DNA of 63,402 bases, filler included, from Rhabdomonas costata (GCA_019059605.1; 35 parts of 35 records of this genome joined end to end with filler, not necessarily neighbours in it); one strand, 5' to 3'; shown: positions 1 through 13,384, counted from the whole stretch's first letter. Translations and numbers: made by a program. Notes: a model not told the origin generated them from the sequence alone.

Positions 1-386
1 TGTGGTGGGTGTGGTTGGTGGGGTTGTTGGACAAGCCCGGGTGCACAATCTTGAGAAAATATAGAGAAAAGGACCGAATGTTCGGAAGCGGCGGTTTAGG
101 ACCATACATGACGGAAGCATTCCATGTGGTTCAGGCAGAGAAAGAACAGAAGAAGTGAGAAAGGGGCATCGCCTATCAGCTCGGGTGCTGCATGGGGATG
201 CATATTGGAAGCAGCACATCTGAAGAGGTTTACAGAAACCCCAAACCAAACCAACAGAACCACACTTCCACACTTCACCCCCCAAAAAAGCCGCGGCTCG
301 GTATATTCGGCGCTGAATATTAATTAGTGAAATGCAGCAATCTGAATTGGAGGACGCGAAACGGTGTCCCCCACCCCACACCTTAC

Positions 387-1178
387 CTTCATTGTCGCGA
401 CGCCCGTGCTATGAATCAACTGGCGGATCTGAAAGGGCTGCAGCCCCCGCAGCAGGGCCGGGGGCAAGTCATTGGCCTCCACCCGGAAACGCTGCTGCTC
501 GCGGGAAAAGGTACAGGACCAGAGAGACATGCGACCACAGGGAAACACGGAATGCTTTGCGATCACACAAAAATATTCAAATATTCAAATATTCAGAGGG
601 GGGGGGGGTTCGGTTCGGTGTAGAGTTTTGAGAGTGTGCAACCATTCTCAACGGACAGCGGGGCCTGCAGCCTCTGGACAATGCCTTGTCTACGCGCTGG
701 AACTGGACTCTTGTTTCCTGTCACCCCAAACGCATCAAGCCGCACCAGTATCAAGAATTCATTGTGAAGGCAAACCACAGCAGTGTCCAAAATAAACCAC
801 CACAGCACATCGGCCATCTGCCACCCCAGAAGAGTGCGGGCACGGGCGGGGGCAGCCAGCCTGGCTCTTCAGGATCGCAATCATGTTGGACAGGCTCCAC
901 AACTCCTTGTTGTACTCCATCAGTTGGGTGCCCAGGACTTCCAGCCCCATCTTAATGGCATGCGGATGGTCCGCCGCCACGTACACCCGAGCATGCCCTC
1001 CGCCCTCCAGGCCCCGCGCCACCACCCCCGCTGCAGCAGCCAAAGCGGGGGTGCTGTTGCGGTGGGGCTGGGAAAGCTGCATCCCGGACGGGGAGGCTGT
1101 GGTCTCGGCGACCACCTGGGCGGCACATCTCATCATGCACCGCATACCGTCCGATCCCAAGCGGTCTGGATCGCGCCA
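387..1178 (-). CDS. Multi-exon fragment of an unknown protein
   Basis: GC-rich exon begins after ctcag at 1178 (WRDPDRLG...ARVYVAADHPHAIK...). A further exon RFRVEANDLPP...ATMK ends at aag|gtaagg at 387. No family recognised. Confidence 0.4.
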
Positions 1179-1715
1179 CTGAGAAGAGAAGAGAATGCCC
1201 ACCCTTCTTTCCCACGGTGTAGTTTTCGACACAAAATTCGATCTGTTGTTAGAGCGCTGCTTTCCTTCCTAACGCACAGATTTCACATGTTCGGTTTGAC
1301 TTTCCTTTTTGCTACCCGCGCGCACCGTCCCTCGTTCCTGGTCATTCGTGTTCTCGGCCAAATTGCTTTCCGTATCCTCTGCAAATGGCTGCCTCTAAAC
1401 GGTATTGCCGAATACCCACCTCTCCCAAAGCCCAGCATCGGGCTGGTTTGTTGGCCGACAGGACTTCCTGGAGTCCAAGCCTCACCCTCAAAGCCCTGAA
1501 TCAAAACTAACTCCATCTTCCATGACATAAACAAACCAACTATGGTCCCCGAGTGCTAGTGCAAGAAAAGACCTCTCCGAGCCCTGGTATATCTATATGC
1601 AGGCACAGACGCAAGCTCACGCCCGAGTGCATGCCTTGGGGTCACCCTTGGAGCGGACCTGCACCCCCACCAACACAGCAGGACCAAAACCCCAAAACAC
1701 CCAACACCCACCCCC

Positions 1716-1815
1716 NNNNNNNNNNNNNNNNNNNNNNNNNNNNNNNNNNNNNNNNNNNNTTAATTAATTAANNNNNNNNNNNNNNNNNNNNNNNNNNNNN
1801 NNNNNNNNNNNNNNN
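1716..1815. other. Artificial contig-joining linker (first of 34; recurs about every 1.81 kb)
   Basis: 44 N + TTAATTAATTAA (stops in all six frames) + 44 N, identical at every junction. Contigs are all about 1712-1720 bp, as expected for a length-sorted concatenation. Confidence 0.98.
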
Positions 1816-2770
1816 TGTTTGTTGGGGGCCGGGGCGGCCGCCATGAGGGTTTCATACAAGCCGCGGTTCTCCTTAACCAGCTCCGCAGCCTCCGCCCGAA
1901 GGCGGTCCCTCTCCTGGCAGACCCTCGCCAGCTCCAGGTTTAGGGCCGAAACCCTTTTCTCCGCAATGGAGGCACCCCCCGAGACCCGGCCGGGAGGCAC
2001 AGAACCTCCTCGAGGTACCACGATCTCTGCAACCACGGAGAGGAAGGCCGGAGGACGGCTCTGCCTCTGCCTCATGGAGGGACCCTGACGTACGGAAGGG
2101 AGGGCCGCAGCAGAACAGAAGAGTCATAAATCAATCCGCATTGCGTTTGAAAACTTGCCGGTGGAAGATGCAGAGCCGGATCAAGATCTTTGACATACCA
2201 ACCATCCTTTAAAATGTGCGGTGGGCCCAGCTTCTCGCGAGTGAGCTAAGTGCAGGCGCCCCAGAAAAAGAAGAAAAGCAGGGACCTGATCCAACAACAA
2301 GGCATCCACCTCCGTCTGGGTCCACACCGTGCTCATTTCGGGTGGTGGATGACGAACCAGAGCCTTTCCTGGAGATTTACGAGGTAAGGAGCAAACCAAT
2401 TGCAAAAACTCAGCGAAAAAGTTCCCTTGAAGTCTTGAAGTTCACACATAAGGCAAGCCCCCCTCCCCCAAGGACAGGCTTCGTCCAGCCAATCTCTCCG
2501 CATTCTGAATTGTGCGATTGTTACCACACAGCCAATCTCTCCACATACTCCTTAGTGGTTACATGACGCTTCGCTCCAGTCCTGTTGCCCCAGCGCCATT
2601 TCATGACCGTCCACTGCACAAGGAACTTTCCTGACACCTGCTGGAGTGTTCTCCACGAGCAGCTGAGGCGGAGCCGGGAGCGCAGGGGCAACAGCAACGG
2701 CGAGGTGCTCCACAATAGTGTCAGGCAGGCTCTCTTCCAGGCGGGCAACAATCTCCCGAAGGGCGCACAA
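1816..2770 (-). CDS. Multi-exon fragment of a coiled-coil protein
   Basis: Three phase-compatible GT-AG exons: LCALREIVARLEE..., KALVRHPPPEMSTVWTQTE..., GPSMRQRQ...LELARVCQERDRLRAEAAELVKENRGLYE. Confidence 0.5.
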
Positions 2771-3798
2771 CTGCACACCATAGGGCAGAGGCGCGCGAAA
2801 AAAATTGAAACAAAAAACACCTCGTGAAAGTTCACTTTCCCTCAAATGCGCCTAGAATCCTTCAGGCCTTTTCTTGAAATAAAATGCACCACGGCAACGT
2901 TAACAAGAAAGTCATATACGCCTCCCTAGGATCGCCTGAGCGCATGCTATGCTTAGAAATGTGGTTGGCATGATTAATTTAATATTAGTAAGCAAACAGA
3001 TTTATAATCCAACATCAAAAAAGAGAGGGCTTAAGGTTCCAACAAACATATGCGTTCACTCACAGCGGTGCAACCACTCTGAACACACTAGATCCTTAAA
3101 CGCTGTAACAGTGACTTATATTCACCCGACATATGCAACCGCATTCAACTGTGCGGAAAGATGGGAGAAAGAAAAACCTCCGAAGATTTTGAGCATAGCT
3201 CGCGGCGGAGAAGTTCCGAAGCCCGCTCACTCTCCTCCAGATGCCTGCAAAGAACCCACAAGCGAAAGTGCAGGCTGAAGAGGGACCAGTCTTGCATAGG
3301 AAAGGTCGAGCGCGCGCAGCTGCAGTGGTTTTCGGGCAAGGGCAGACCCCCCCAGGCGCATCACCCAACTGCCACAAAAAGCACTGCTGGTGTGCTCCCC
3401 AAAAAACCCACGCAAGAAGGTTTCATTCAAAGTGAGCAAAACCTTGCAAGGTGCAGGAGTTGCACTGCACGACAATGCTAAAGAAGAAATTTTCACTGAT
3501 GTAGCCACACAAACCAAATACACCCAACACNNNNNNNNNNNNNNNNNNNNNNNNNNNNNNNNNNNNNNNNNNNNTTAATTAATTAANNNNNNNNNNNNNN
3601 NNNNNNNNNNNNNNNNNNNNNNNNNNNNNNGGTGTTGGTGCCCGTGGTGTGTGACAGGCAAACTCACACACAACTCCCTGACACACACCACGGGCACCAA
3701 CTTTTAGAAAGGCAAATGAAGGCAACTGAATGTGAGCTGAACGGCTGCTTTTCCACAACAGCGAACAAAGGCGAGGTCGTGGTGAAAAAGCCACGAAC

Positions 3799-5181
3799 CA
3801 GGTTCTTAAGGGTGTGAGTCACGGCGGCCACTGTGATGATCTCCTGCTCCTCCTGCGGGGTCATGATGTGCCCAGGGTACCCCTTGGGGAACTCCTGCTC
3901 AATGAATTTTGTCGTGATGTCTCCCTTCACGTACCTAAAAAAGGGGGGAGGGGGAGTTGTATGCAACGCACACCGCTCTGGTAATGCCTTTCGCCCACGA
4001 GATGCTGTCGAACGGCTGTATTCCGAAACACCGCAGGGCAATGTCTCGAAAAGGCCCCAAACTAAGACCAGGAAGGTTGGAAGTGAGGCAGGTTTCGGTG
4101 CACACATACTTCGGGTGGGTCATCAGATCACGCAGGAAGTTGATGTTTGTCCTGGCAAGACCTGAACACCGCAACCAACACGTGCACACATCCAGTGAAG
4201 ACGCATTTAGCAAGTCCTAAGGGAAAGGGGAGGAGTTGAATACCACGACGTTGCACCCCCGCGATAAGCATGTGCAATTGTGGCGAAAGCAAAAAAAAAG
4301 GGAGAGGCTTGAGTTCAAAGGCTCCCTGGGGTATTTTTTCAATGCTGGATGCCGCACAGCACACCGCGGATAACGTAGCTGTCCAAGGCAATGGCCATCC
4401 GCTGCAGCGACTCCTCCCGAGTGGGACCCCAGGTGCACAGCTTGGAGATCAGGGGATCGTAGAACACGCTGTGCGAAGGAATACAGTCGAGGCAACCATC
4501 CACAGACCAGGCACACAAACATGACAACCAATGTCCACACAACCGCCATAGAATCCCAGTAACTCCTGTCGAGGAAATGCGGATCCGCCTCCGTCGAGCA
4601 ATGGTTTTCGCCAAATCCCTCTCGCGGCTCTGTGGCTTGAGTCGCAACAACAAAACCACCACAGAAAAAGTAGCAATGGCTGCTGTTTTCTGTGGTCGCG
4701 TGTACGTCGGGGGGGGGGGGGGCGGCAGACGGTCCTAACAATCAATCATGAAAAGCACATACTCACCTGATCTCTGAGCCCTCCAGGATACCGGAATCGA
4801 TACGGACGCCTTCGACGTGAGCGGGCTCCTCATACACGCTCAACCTGCAATAACAGTTGCAATGGGGTTTGCAAGAGCTTAGCAGATCATCTGGTGCCGT
4901 GAACAAGGGGATGATCGGCTTACGGCTCCCAGGACAATTAAGAACGCACACTAGAACCTACACCAGCACAACGCAAGAATATTCTCTTTCCGCCCTTTCC
5001 CCTGCTGTTTCAATGGTTTATTGCCTGGCTGCCTGAACAGACCTTGCTTCAGTAGTATGAAGTTGTGTAGTTCCCTCCCAGAAAGTATCCGAAACCTGCC
5101 AATAACAGGCAAGAAGTTGTTCAGCGGGTCCTCGGCGTACACGCGGCACTCCGTGGCCCAGCCATTGATCTTGATTTGGTC
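3799..5181 (-). CDS. PCCA: Propionyl-CoA carboxylase alpha subunit (biotin carboxylase C-domain), 5 exons
   Basis: Spliced translation: [122 protein letters not shown]. All introns are GT-AG. [13 protein letters not shown], ALDxYVIRG and GDITTKFI are PCC-alpha-type motifs. Confidence 0.9.
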
Positions 5182-5509
5182 CTGAGCCACAGCAGACAGA
5201 AACAAATGAACCTCTCTGAAAGTTCAGCAATCTCAAGCAGAAAGCAATAAGACCACAGCAGCAGCATGCGTGAAGAAGGAAAAGTAGAAAAGGTTAATCC
5301 ACAGATTCCACAACCCGGAAACCGGTGGTGCTCTTTAGGTCTGCANNNNNNNNNNNNNNNNNNNNNNNNNNNNNNNNNNNNNNNNNNNNTTAATTAATTA
5401 ANNNNNNNNNNNNNNNNNNNNNNNNNNNNNNNNNNNNNNNNNNNNTTTGTGGGTGTTGAGGATGACGCAGTTTCGGTAGAGGTGGCTCGAGGGGCAGGGC
5501 GCGGCGGTG

Positions 5510-5662
5510 TACTACACCATGGACAGCACCGAGCCCTGCCCCACGAGCCACCTCTACCGCAACTGCGTCATCCTCAACACCTACGGAGCAAACTCCCTGA
5601 AGGCGATTGCGGTGAAGCAGAACATGGAGGACTCCGAGATCCAGAGCGCTGTGTATATGATT
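5510..5662 (+). CDS. Exon encoding a chitobiase/beta-hexosaminidase C-terminal (CHB_HEX_C/Fn3-associated) domain
   Basis: YYTMDSTEPCPTSHLYRNCVILNTYGANSLKAIAVKQNMEDSEIQSAVYMI fits the YYTxDGSxP...LY...LKAIA...S...Y pattern; donor att|gtagg. Confidence 0.65.
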
Positions 5663-6339
5663 GTAGGTTCGGCTGGCGCTGTTCAGAGGGACAAGAGGGA
5701 GGGCGGGGGCATCGCAAGGCACTGTCGTTCACAGATGATGATGATGATGATGCATGACAGCACGCGCTCGGCGGCGAAAACTCTCGAATCACTGCAATTC
5801 AGAGGATGACAGCAACGTGATGGTTTTCCTACAGAGGTTGGCCCCCGGCTTCATAAAAAGTTCACGGAACGTTAGGTAGACTTTTATTCGATTATCCGGA
5901 GAAAGGACACTCGAGGAATGCTCTCAAGGAGGAAGGCACTCGTACGTGCTTTGTGTGCAGTGGTGACTTAAATGAATTTCTGCTTTAGCCCTCCATATGT
6001 GAACTTGTGGCTTGTAATGGTTCGGTTCTCTTGTCAACAACGATATGACTGACTTCTTCCTGTGTTTGTCGCAAATAGGGTTTGCGATGACGATTTTAGG
6101 CAAACAAGAGCCCGAAATAACAAGGATGACAACCTGCTGTCAAGCTGCCACCTCGCAGGCTGCCAGCATCTTTGTTTCAGGCCCAGGCGTTTGATTTCAC
6201 AGACACGGGAACTGTTCCACCCCCTGCCTGCAACATGCTGGATGCGTCACGCGCCTTGGGTATTTTTGTGCCAATTTGACATGCTTGCTGTGCTCGCTGC
6301 GATTGGGGGTGGGGTGGCTCAGCGAAGCTCCCTCCTAAG

Positions 6340-6727
6340 GGCACCGTCCTCCCTACTGGCGTGCCTGCCGCCGTCCCAGTCGTCCCAACCCGAGGTGGGT
6401 TCGCGGCCACCCCTTACCCGCCAACCGTCCCCTTGCTTCCCCCACGGCTTCCTGCGGCCCGAGGGATCCCCCAAGTGCCGGTGTTCCAAAGGGGCCCGCC
6501 GCGGCCCCCGCTGATGGTCCCCCGGGGACGTGGCCCCGTCATCGTGGGGATAGCCCGCCCCCCTTTCACCGCTGGTGCCACCTCTACCTCGGTCACAGTC
6601 CCGGCTGGAATCCAGCCGGGGCCGTCGGAGGTGGATCCTGCTGGGGATGCCCTGGTGGAGGAAAATGGGGTGGTGGATGACGCCCCTCCCGTGAAGAGGC
6701 CGAAGTCTGCCGAGCAGGAAACGCACG
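6340..6727 (+). CDS. Proline-rich exon of unknown protein
   Basis: GC-rich open frame VPAAVPVVPTRGG...QRGPPRPPLMVPRGRGP...PPVKRPK between an AG and a GT. Confidence 0.4.
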
Positions 6728-7984
6728 GTAGTGGCGCGAACGTCGTTCCACACACACACACACACACACCACCTTCTCGTTTCAAAAAAAACTTGTCCTC
6801 GATATTTTTTCAACGCAATCTTCAGTTAAGCCAGAATTCCTGTCCACCACCGACGTGATGATTTTACCAGCAGTTTCTCCCCCATCCCGTCATCCTTTCC
6901 CCTCATTTGCCCCCCATTTTCGGTACATCGGCAACGGTGGCAAAATAAAGCCACGAGACTTGCTTGGCTTGAGCGAAGTTCAGCATGACGGTGGGAAACA
7001 TGTGTTGAACAACGAGTTGCATGGCAAGGCCGATTGCCCTACTGCGGTGAAGCGTTTTCTTCCTTAACCTTGACAGGACAGGTGGCAGCATATCATTTTC
7101 CGCGTCAGCTTCCGCCGCAATGACCTGGCGTCCAAGCTGTTGTGTAAACCCACACACCCNNNNNNNNNNNNNNNNNNNNNNNNNNNNNNNNNNNNNNNNN
7201 NNNTTAATTAATTAANNNNNNNNNNNNNNNNNNNNNNNNNNNNNNNNNNNNNNNNNNNNGGGGGGGTGGTGTTTTTTTAGGACATTTTTAGGACAATTTT
7301 TATGGCACGGGGGTTAGTAAACTGTGCCAACCAGCTCTAGATGCATTTATTTTATCAAAATGGGGTTAGGTAAACTGGTTTTCTTCCCCCTAGACAGACA
7401 TATTTAAATTTGAGGAGGTTAGGAAATTTTAGACCGTTTAGCAGTGCTAAACGTTTAGCGCCCCCCCCCCCGCTCAAAAAAATACAAGGGCGTTAGATGG
7501 CGATGCAGGTGTGTTTATTTGACCTTGGGAGTTTAGGGGGCGATGCAGACAAAGGGCGAGATGTCGGCGAGGTCTGGTGACCATGTCGATACGGCCGATA
7601 CGTTGTGTGATACCTGGGCACCAGGGGGTGCACGTTCGTTGAACAGGGTACACATTTTTTGTGTGCGTGCAGATTCGTTAGGAGCGCCAATATAGTCACT
7701 GCTGGCACGCCGGCCTGTGTGCAGAGGGCCTTACATCAAGCCGGAAAGCTCAATGAGCAACCGCATAACGGTGGCACTACCCTGGGCCCCGCCAAGTCAG
7801 GAAGGCCTACAGCCTCACCGCTTACCGATCTCACAAAGCCTCCAAGAGTGACTAAAAAAGCAATCACAATAAAGGGTAAAGGGCAACGGAATAAATAAAA
7901 CAAAACCTTGAGCACCCCCCACTTCCACCATCCCCCGGACACCCTTAACCGTTTGGAGCCGTGCAACCGCGCAAATCCGCACAC

Positions 7985-8099
7985 CGGGTGAAGGACCATG
8001 GTAATCTCGTCGCCGTGGTCCGCGTCATCCCCGTCGGTGTCCTCCGTGCGCAGCTGCGCCAGCAGGCTGGGGGGGACGTACTTCCGCACGTGTCTCAGG
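7985..8099 (-). CDS. Isolated exon, possibly the pre-catalytic segment of a class III nucleotide cyclase
   Basis: catag|cctgag...cacccg|gtgtg; translation LRHVRKYVPPSLLAQLRTEDTDGDD. A KYVP-type segment often precedes cyclase domains; weak. Confidence 0.3.
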
Positions 8100-8528
8100 C
8101 TATGCAGGATCCTCAGGCAGCACGTCTGGGTCGGTGTTGGTCTCTGCACAAGGACGGAGATGGGGACATGACATTGGAAGGACCAGGAGCAGAACTCTCA
8201 GGACTCATTGGGAGACAGGAGAGGGTGCCTCAATCAGAGAAGAGCACACCGCGATAAGACTGGAGACGCGTATACCTCGGGAAATGTTCTCCGCATGATG
8301 TTTTGGCGAACAATCGCACGACCACATCCACAGGTAAAACAAACAAGGAACAATGGAATATCATTCCCTGTCAAAGCAGAGGCCGTCCCCCCTGACTCGG
8401 TACAGATAAGCTAACGCCAGCCCAGAGGCTGGTCTGACTGCAGTCTATGGTGACATTTCGCCCCGGATGCGTTCATCCACCCAGGAAAAGGTCGATAGAA
8501 AAGACCTTCTCAGGCTTCCAGAAGGCGC

Positions 8529-8649
8529 AGCTTTACACACAAGGTATGGAAAAAAAGAAACCCATCTGGAAGTTGCGCTTCAGTCCTGCAGCTTTACACA
8601 CAAGGTATGGAAAAAAAGAAAACCCATCTGGAAGTTGCGCTTCAGTCCT
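8529..8649 (+). repeat. Tandem duplication, 2 x about 61 bp
   Basis: cagctttacacacaaggtatggaaaaaaagaaa(a)cccatctggaagttgcgcttcagtcct occurs twice head to tail. Confidence 0.9.
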
Positions 8650-9287
8650 TCAGTTTTTCGAGTTTGAGCACAAGGCAATTTCCAGTTTCCAGCAGCATTT
8701 CCAAATATGGCCCGGGTCACCTCAAAAGTAAAGAGGACATTGCACATATGGGGGAACGCTTTTCTCCAAAAGTTGCCAAAAGGTATAAAAAAGAACACAG
8801 CGTTCAAGTTTGTTACAAAAACACCTTGCACCAAAAGGCAGGGGAAAACCGAAGGCCAGAAAGGCACAAGGCCACACAAGCGGAGACAGAGGCATGGGGG
8901 GTTAACCTCGATTTTCTCCAGGAAGGCCATCTTCTCTAGGTCCAACGTAGCGATGGCCTCGGAGAGCTCTACNNNNNNNNNNNNNNNNNNNNNNNNNNNN
9001 NNNNNNNNNNNNNNNNTTAATTAATTAANNNNNNNNNNNNNNNNNNNNNNNNNNNNNNNNNNNNNNNNNNNNTGTGTGTGGGCACCGAGTATGATTCTGC
9101 TGGGGGATCACAGATTCGGGTGATTTCTTTCTTGTTGTTGGTAATGTTGCAATGATTTGTGGTTGGTCTCCTCGTGTCGGTCATACTGTGAGCGCAAAAA
9201 CTAGCGCCGACAAAGGGTGCGCTCCATCAGCTGCAGCTGCCCCAGAACGCACCCCTCCTTTCCATCCCTTTCATCATGTGTGCGTGA

Positions 9288-9507
9288 ATGGGTGACAGTG
9301 CTGCCGAGGGTGAGGCTGGCCCTGTGGCGCTCAGCGCGTTAAGCTTCGAGGAGATGGTCCGCAGCTATGCCGCCGCTGGGCGGGCCCGTGGGGTGCGCTT
9401 CGAACAGCCTCGGGTGTACACCGAGATCGACCTCCCTGTGGTGCGAATGAGCCACGGCGAGGAAGGCCCAGGGAGCAACCCCCACGAGGTGGCGGTAGAC
9501 TGGTTTG
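9288..9507 (+). CDS. Probable first coding exon of an unknown protein
   Basis: ATG after a pyrimidine-rich leader; GC-rich codons (MGDSAAEGEAGPVALSALSFEEMVRSY...); ends at tttg|gtgtgt. Confidence 0.4.
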
Positions 9508-12500
9508 GTGTGTGGGAACACTGTGTGAGGAAAAACTTCAGCTTAACGATCCCCTTTTTCCCGAACTTCGCCTCCGCCTGTGTGGGAAGTGTGAGAGACC
9601 TGTTTCCTTTTATATGGAAACTGCTGAAGGTTTGTGTTCAAGGGATTCCCTTCAATTATTGCCTTTTTTAATCCAAATAACTTCTTGTAGCAGGGCTAAT
9701 GCCACTCAGACGCGACTCGGCTTGTGAGGTAGGTATGGGAACAATATAGTTGAGGGGTTTATCCCCTGCTTATACAGTATTTCATGTCCGCCCATTTGGT
9801 TTAATTGTTTTTTCCTTTGCTTTTCCCTAAGTTGTGGGTGCCCCCGTCAAACCCACCGGCTGCAGCGGGCCAGAAGCGGCGCAAGATTGTACAATATAAT
9901 GTAAAAATACAATATAATCCAAAAATGGAAGGACTGGCCTGGGGTGCAAGTGCGCGCAGCCGCTTCCTGTGCTTCAGCCGGAGCCCCAGTGGTGTTTCTC
10001 TTCTTCTCAACAATATATGGCATTGATAGTGTAGTAGATATCCGTGTTCGTGCTTTGGGGACTTAGATCGACTGTACATTCTCTGCGACTGGGAGGAGCA
10101 GCTTGCTGTTCAGGTCCTCGGCTTCCCCCTCTCACCTTTCTGGCTTCTTTCCTTTATTTTCTGGATTGCGTTGGAATTTTCTTTAATGCTCAAAGGATTA
10201 TGGCCGCTGCCTCTTTTATTACTATTTTCAACTCTGCATCTGTGCAAAGGAAAAAGCACAGCCCTCTCTTCGCTTGTGGTGGTTTTTGGTGCTGTTGGGG
10301 ATTGCTGCTTCTTTTCGGGGTTTTCGTCCGCTTTTGTATGGGAAACGTGGGACTGTGTTTATGGGGAGGGGTGTTCCTATAGGTCTTTACTGCAGACTGT
10401 CATGTGTTACATACTGTTCCCCTGAGCCGCCCCGTGGTGGGCATGGCGGTGACCCCCGCCGGAGTCCTGGTCGTTTGCCTACCCTCAGCCATGCAGTTCT
10501 ATTACCAAGGCAAGCCTCTTTCAGGTGCCCCGCCTCCCTTCTCCCGATTCCCGTGCAGATTTCCCTCGTGACCACTACCTTTCTCTTTGGAGGAACACTG
10601 CTCTTGAGTACCTCTTGGATCCGCTAGGATCTGTCAGCCTGAAAAATTGAGCAATGTCAAATGATATGGCCCGTTTCATCTCAAAAGTGAGAGTTTCCCA
10701 CACAAACATCAAACTGTCAGAACTCCGAGGAAAGATGCACACCAAAATGAATAGTTTCCTTCAGTTGCCTTAAAGCGACCACCGTCAGNNNNNNNNNNNN
10801 NNNNNNNNNNNNNNNNNNNNNNNNNNNNNNNNTTAATTAATTAANNNNNNNNNNNNNNNNNNNNNNNNNNNNNNNNNNNNNNNNNNNNTTTGTGGTTTCA
10901 TCTCGAGACCTCTAACATCTATATTCATGAGACATCTGGTAATGAATAGCCTGTGTCTGCACTGGTGGTAATGCTGTTCTCATGTGCCACCCTGCAGGTC
11001 TTTATTGATATTCAGCCGCAACTTTTTGGTTTCATCGTCCTGTATTTTGTTTGCCGTGTTTTTAACTTCTGAAAAGATGATGACAGGTGAGACAGGTGGA
11101 GACAGTTGCGGGAGACAGAAGGAGACAGTCGGAGCAAGCGGTCTAACCCCCATTGTTGCTGTTTTGTAACACGACATGAACTCGTTGTTTTGTGTTTTTT
11201 CCACAGAAAAAGCAACGGCCCGTGGACAATGTCAAAGAAGTTGACTACTTTTCGTTGATGAAAGACCTAGAGAAGCAGAGCAAGGATGTCCGGGATGAAC
11301 TGAAGAAAGGAGCTGCACCGTGACATTTATGTGCCCTTGTTCCACATTTCGCGCCGAATGTAACAAGCCCAGACTTGTTGCATGTGACTTTGTGCCGCCT
11401 TTGGACGCCGCTTCCCCAAGACTGAGGACTGCTGCTGTTGGCCTGCTTTCCACTTTTGAAACTAGGAAATATCAAGGTACTGTCAAAAGCACTCGAGGAT
11501 CATGGGGCTTCGTTTTCCATGCTTTCGAACAATCAAATGGAAAGATAGAAAGTAAAGAAACAAAGGAACGAACCAGCATTTTTCTTGTATGACGCCTGAT
11601 AAAGTGTGTAGGTACGCGCCAGAGAGACCTAACAACGGCATGGGCGGTGTTCCTGCTATGTGAGGCTCAGTCAGCTGTGTTGTTGTTGAGAAATGCAAAC
11701 ATCGCAGAAGGGAAGACGGTTGGCAATTTCCGATTAACTTAGTAGCACTGCATGGGCTGAATTTTTCTTCATTCTTTTTTCTTTGCTTGCTTTTGCTGAA
11801 TTTGTACAGCTTCTCTGTTTTTCTCTCCGTTGTATTTCTGGTTTGTCATGCTCGCTGCACAAGTTCAGAAGCTTCCCCGCTTCCCACACTGTGCGGGTAT
11901 ACCTTTTCTCCCCTGGTTCATTTTCATTTTCATGTGTGAAGGTTTTCAGCGTGATGCAATCCGCAATCGCAACCCTGAGCCGACTTCCCCCTGTGGCGAA
12001 AGTGCTGTTTCGCACAGTAATGGGAACCGTCTCCCGAAGCCCTTTCGGGTTGCGGCCTGCGGTGCTCTTCACCCCGTACCGTTTTGCGCGTGGAATCATC
12101 TCGGAAAGGACCAACGCCGGGCTTTGTTTCGCACGTGTATACATGAGCAGGTTGAAATTGCTTTCCAATGTGGAATTTTCGCTGTTTTTCTCTGGTTGGG
12201 ATTGGGGAAGGCTTACCTGCTTAGTTTTTGCTTGGGTTACGGTTGTTTTGCGGGGTACCCAGACTCTCCTTCCCAACCTCTTCCTTGTGCACCAAATGTT
12301 CCTCTTCTCTCCATTTTCACTTTAGTGTGACCCATATATTTGAGCGAACGTCCGACTTCGGTGGACTGTTTCGACCTTGGCTCGTGGTGTACGTAGACAA
12401 AATCTTATTACCGTACCACCACCCCCTTTTCTGTTTCTTCTTGGCTCATTATGCAACGGAAAGTGACCTTTTATGTTTGCAGGTTCATCAACAATTTTAT

Positions 12501-13384
12501 GACGATCCCGAACCACAAAAGGTCACTTTCCGTTGCATAATGAGCCAAGAAGAAACAGAAAAGGGGGTGGAGGTACGGTAATAAGATTTTGTCTACCCAC
12601 ANNNNNNNNNNNNNNNNNNNNNNNNNNNNNNNNNNNNNNNNNNNNTTAATTAATTAANNNNNNNNNNNNNNNNNNNNNNNNNNNNNNNNNNNNNNNNNNN
12701 NGGGGGGTGTTGGGGTGATAGGTGACCACTTATTGCTGACCTAGTTAGAAAGGGGGTTTCATGGTTAGCAGCGGAGATCTTGATTTGCCGTAATAACCAT
12801 GGGTAGCCCCCCCCCCAACCGAGGCCTAGGGGATCTTCCCTGAGACGAGTTGGACAGGTGAGGTGATGAATTGGTCCCTTGGCCTGGGATTGCGATGCCC
12901 TATGGGGAGAAGTAGCGAAGAGGGGGAAGTTCAGAGCGAGATGCACGGATTGATTGTGTGAACACCAGTGAGAAATTATTCTCTGGTTTCACATTAACCT
13001 TAACTGTCGTCCCGATGACGCATTCACCCGTTTCGGTGCAACAGTGCCAGGTGCAGACTTGAATTTCGACTTTTTAATTGACCTCAAACCTTCGGCTTTG
13101 GCGTGAACGCTTTGATTGGTAAATGTCCGTGGGGATATTGTCATTTAATGCCTTGCACATTCCTAAATTCTTTTTCTTTTCCTTCTCACCTTCCATCTCT
13201 GCGGAATTGGCTCCTTGCCACCCTAAAATTGGTAGGCTCCTATGTTGTTTTTGCGAGTGGACTAGGACATGGTCGCAACCTTTGGTACGGGTCTTTGGCC
13301 GCGAGCTGGCATCACTGTCAGTGTGCACTGCTGACACACCCCAAATCGCAATGCTCTGGGGAGAGAGGGGGAGGGCGGTGTTAG

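Noticed and set aside
783-1499. Long ORF-track entries such as 783-1499 (+), 39932-40681 (+), 54797-55525 (+) and 27965-28729 (-)
   Set aside because: They are antisense shadows of GC-rich exons or run through introns, and contain no family motifs.
1760-1771. Regularly spaced TTAATTAATTAA palindrome as a biological repeat or regulatory site
   Set aside because: Always centred in 88 Ns; it is a synthetic six-frame-stop spacer.
11734-12325. Overlapping 180-aa ORFs on both strands
   Set aside because: No recognisable domain or splice support; cannot decide whether either is coding.
12393-12597. Long inverted repeats suggesting hairpin RNAs or MITEs (also 5452-5581, 19683-19853, 32420-32565, 36298-36534, 45150-45262, 49006-49281, 57799-57957)
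   Set aside because: All have one arm at a contig terminus, and two interrupt coding exons. This is typical of template-switch chimeras from amplification or library preparation.
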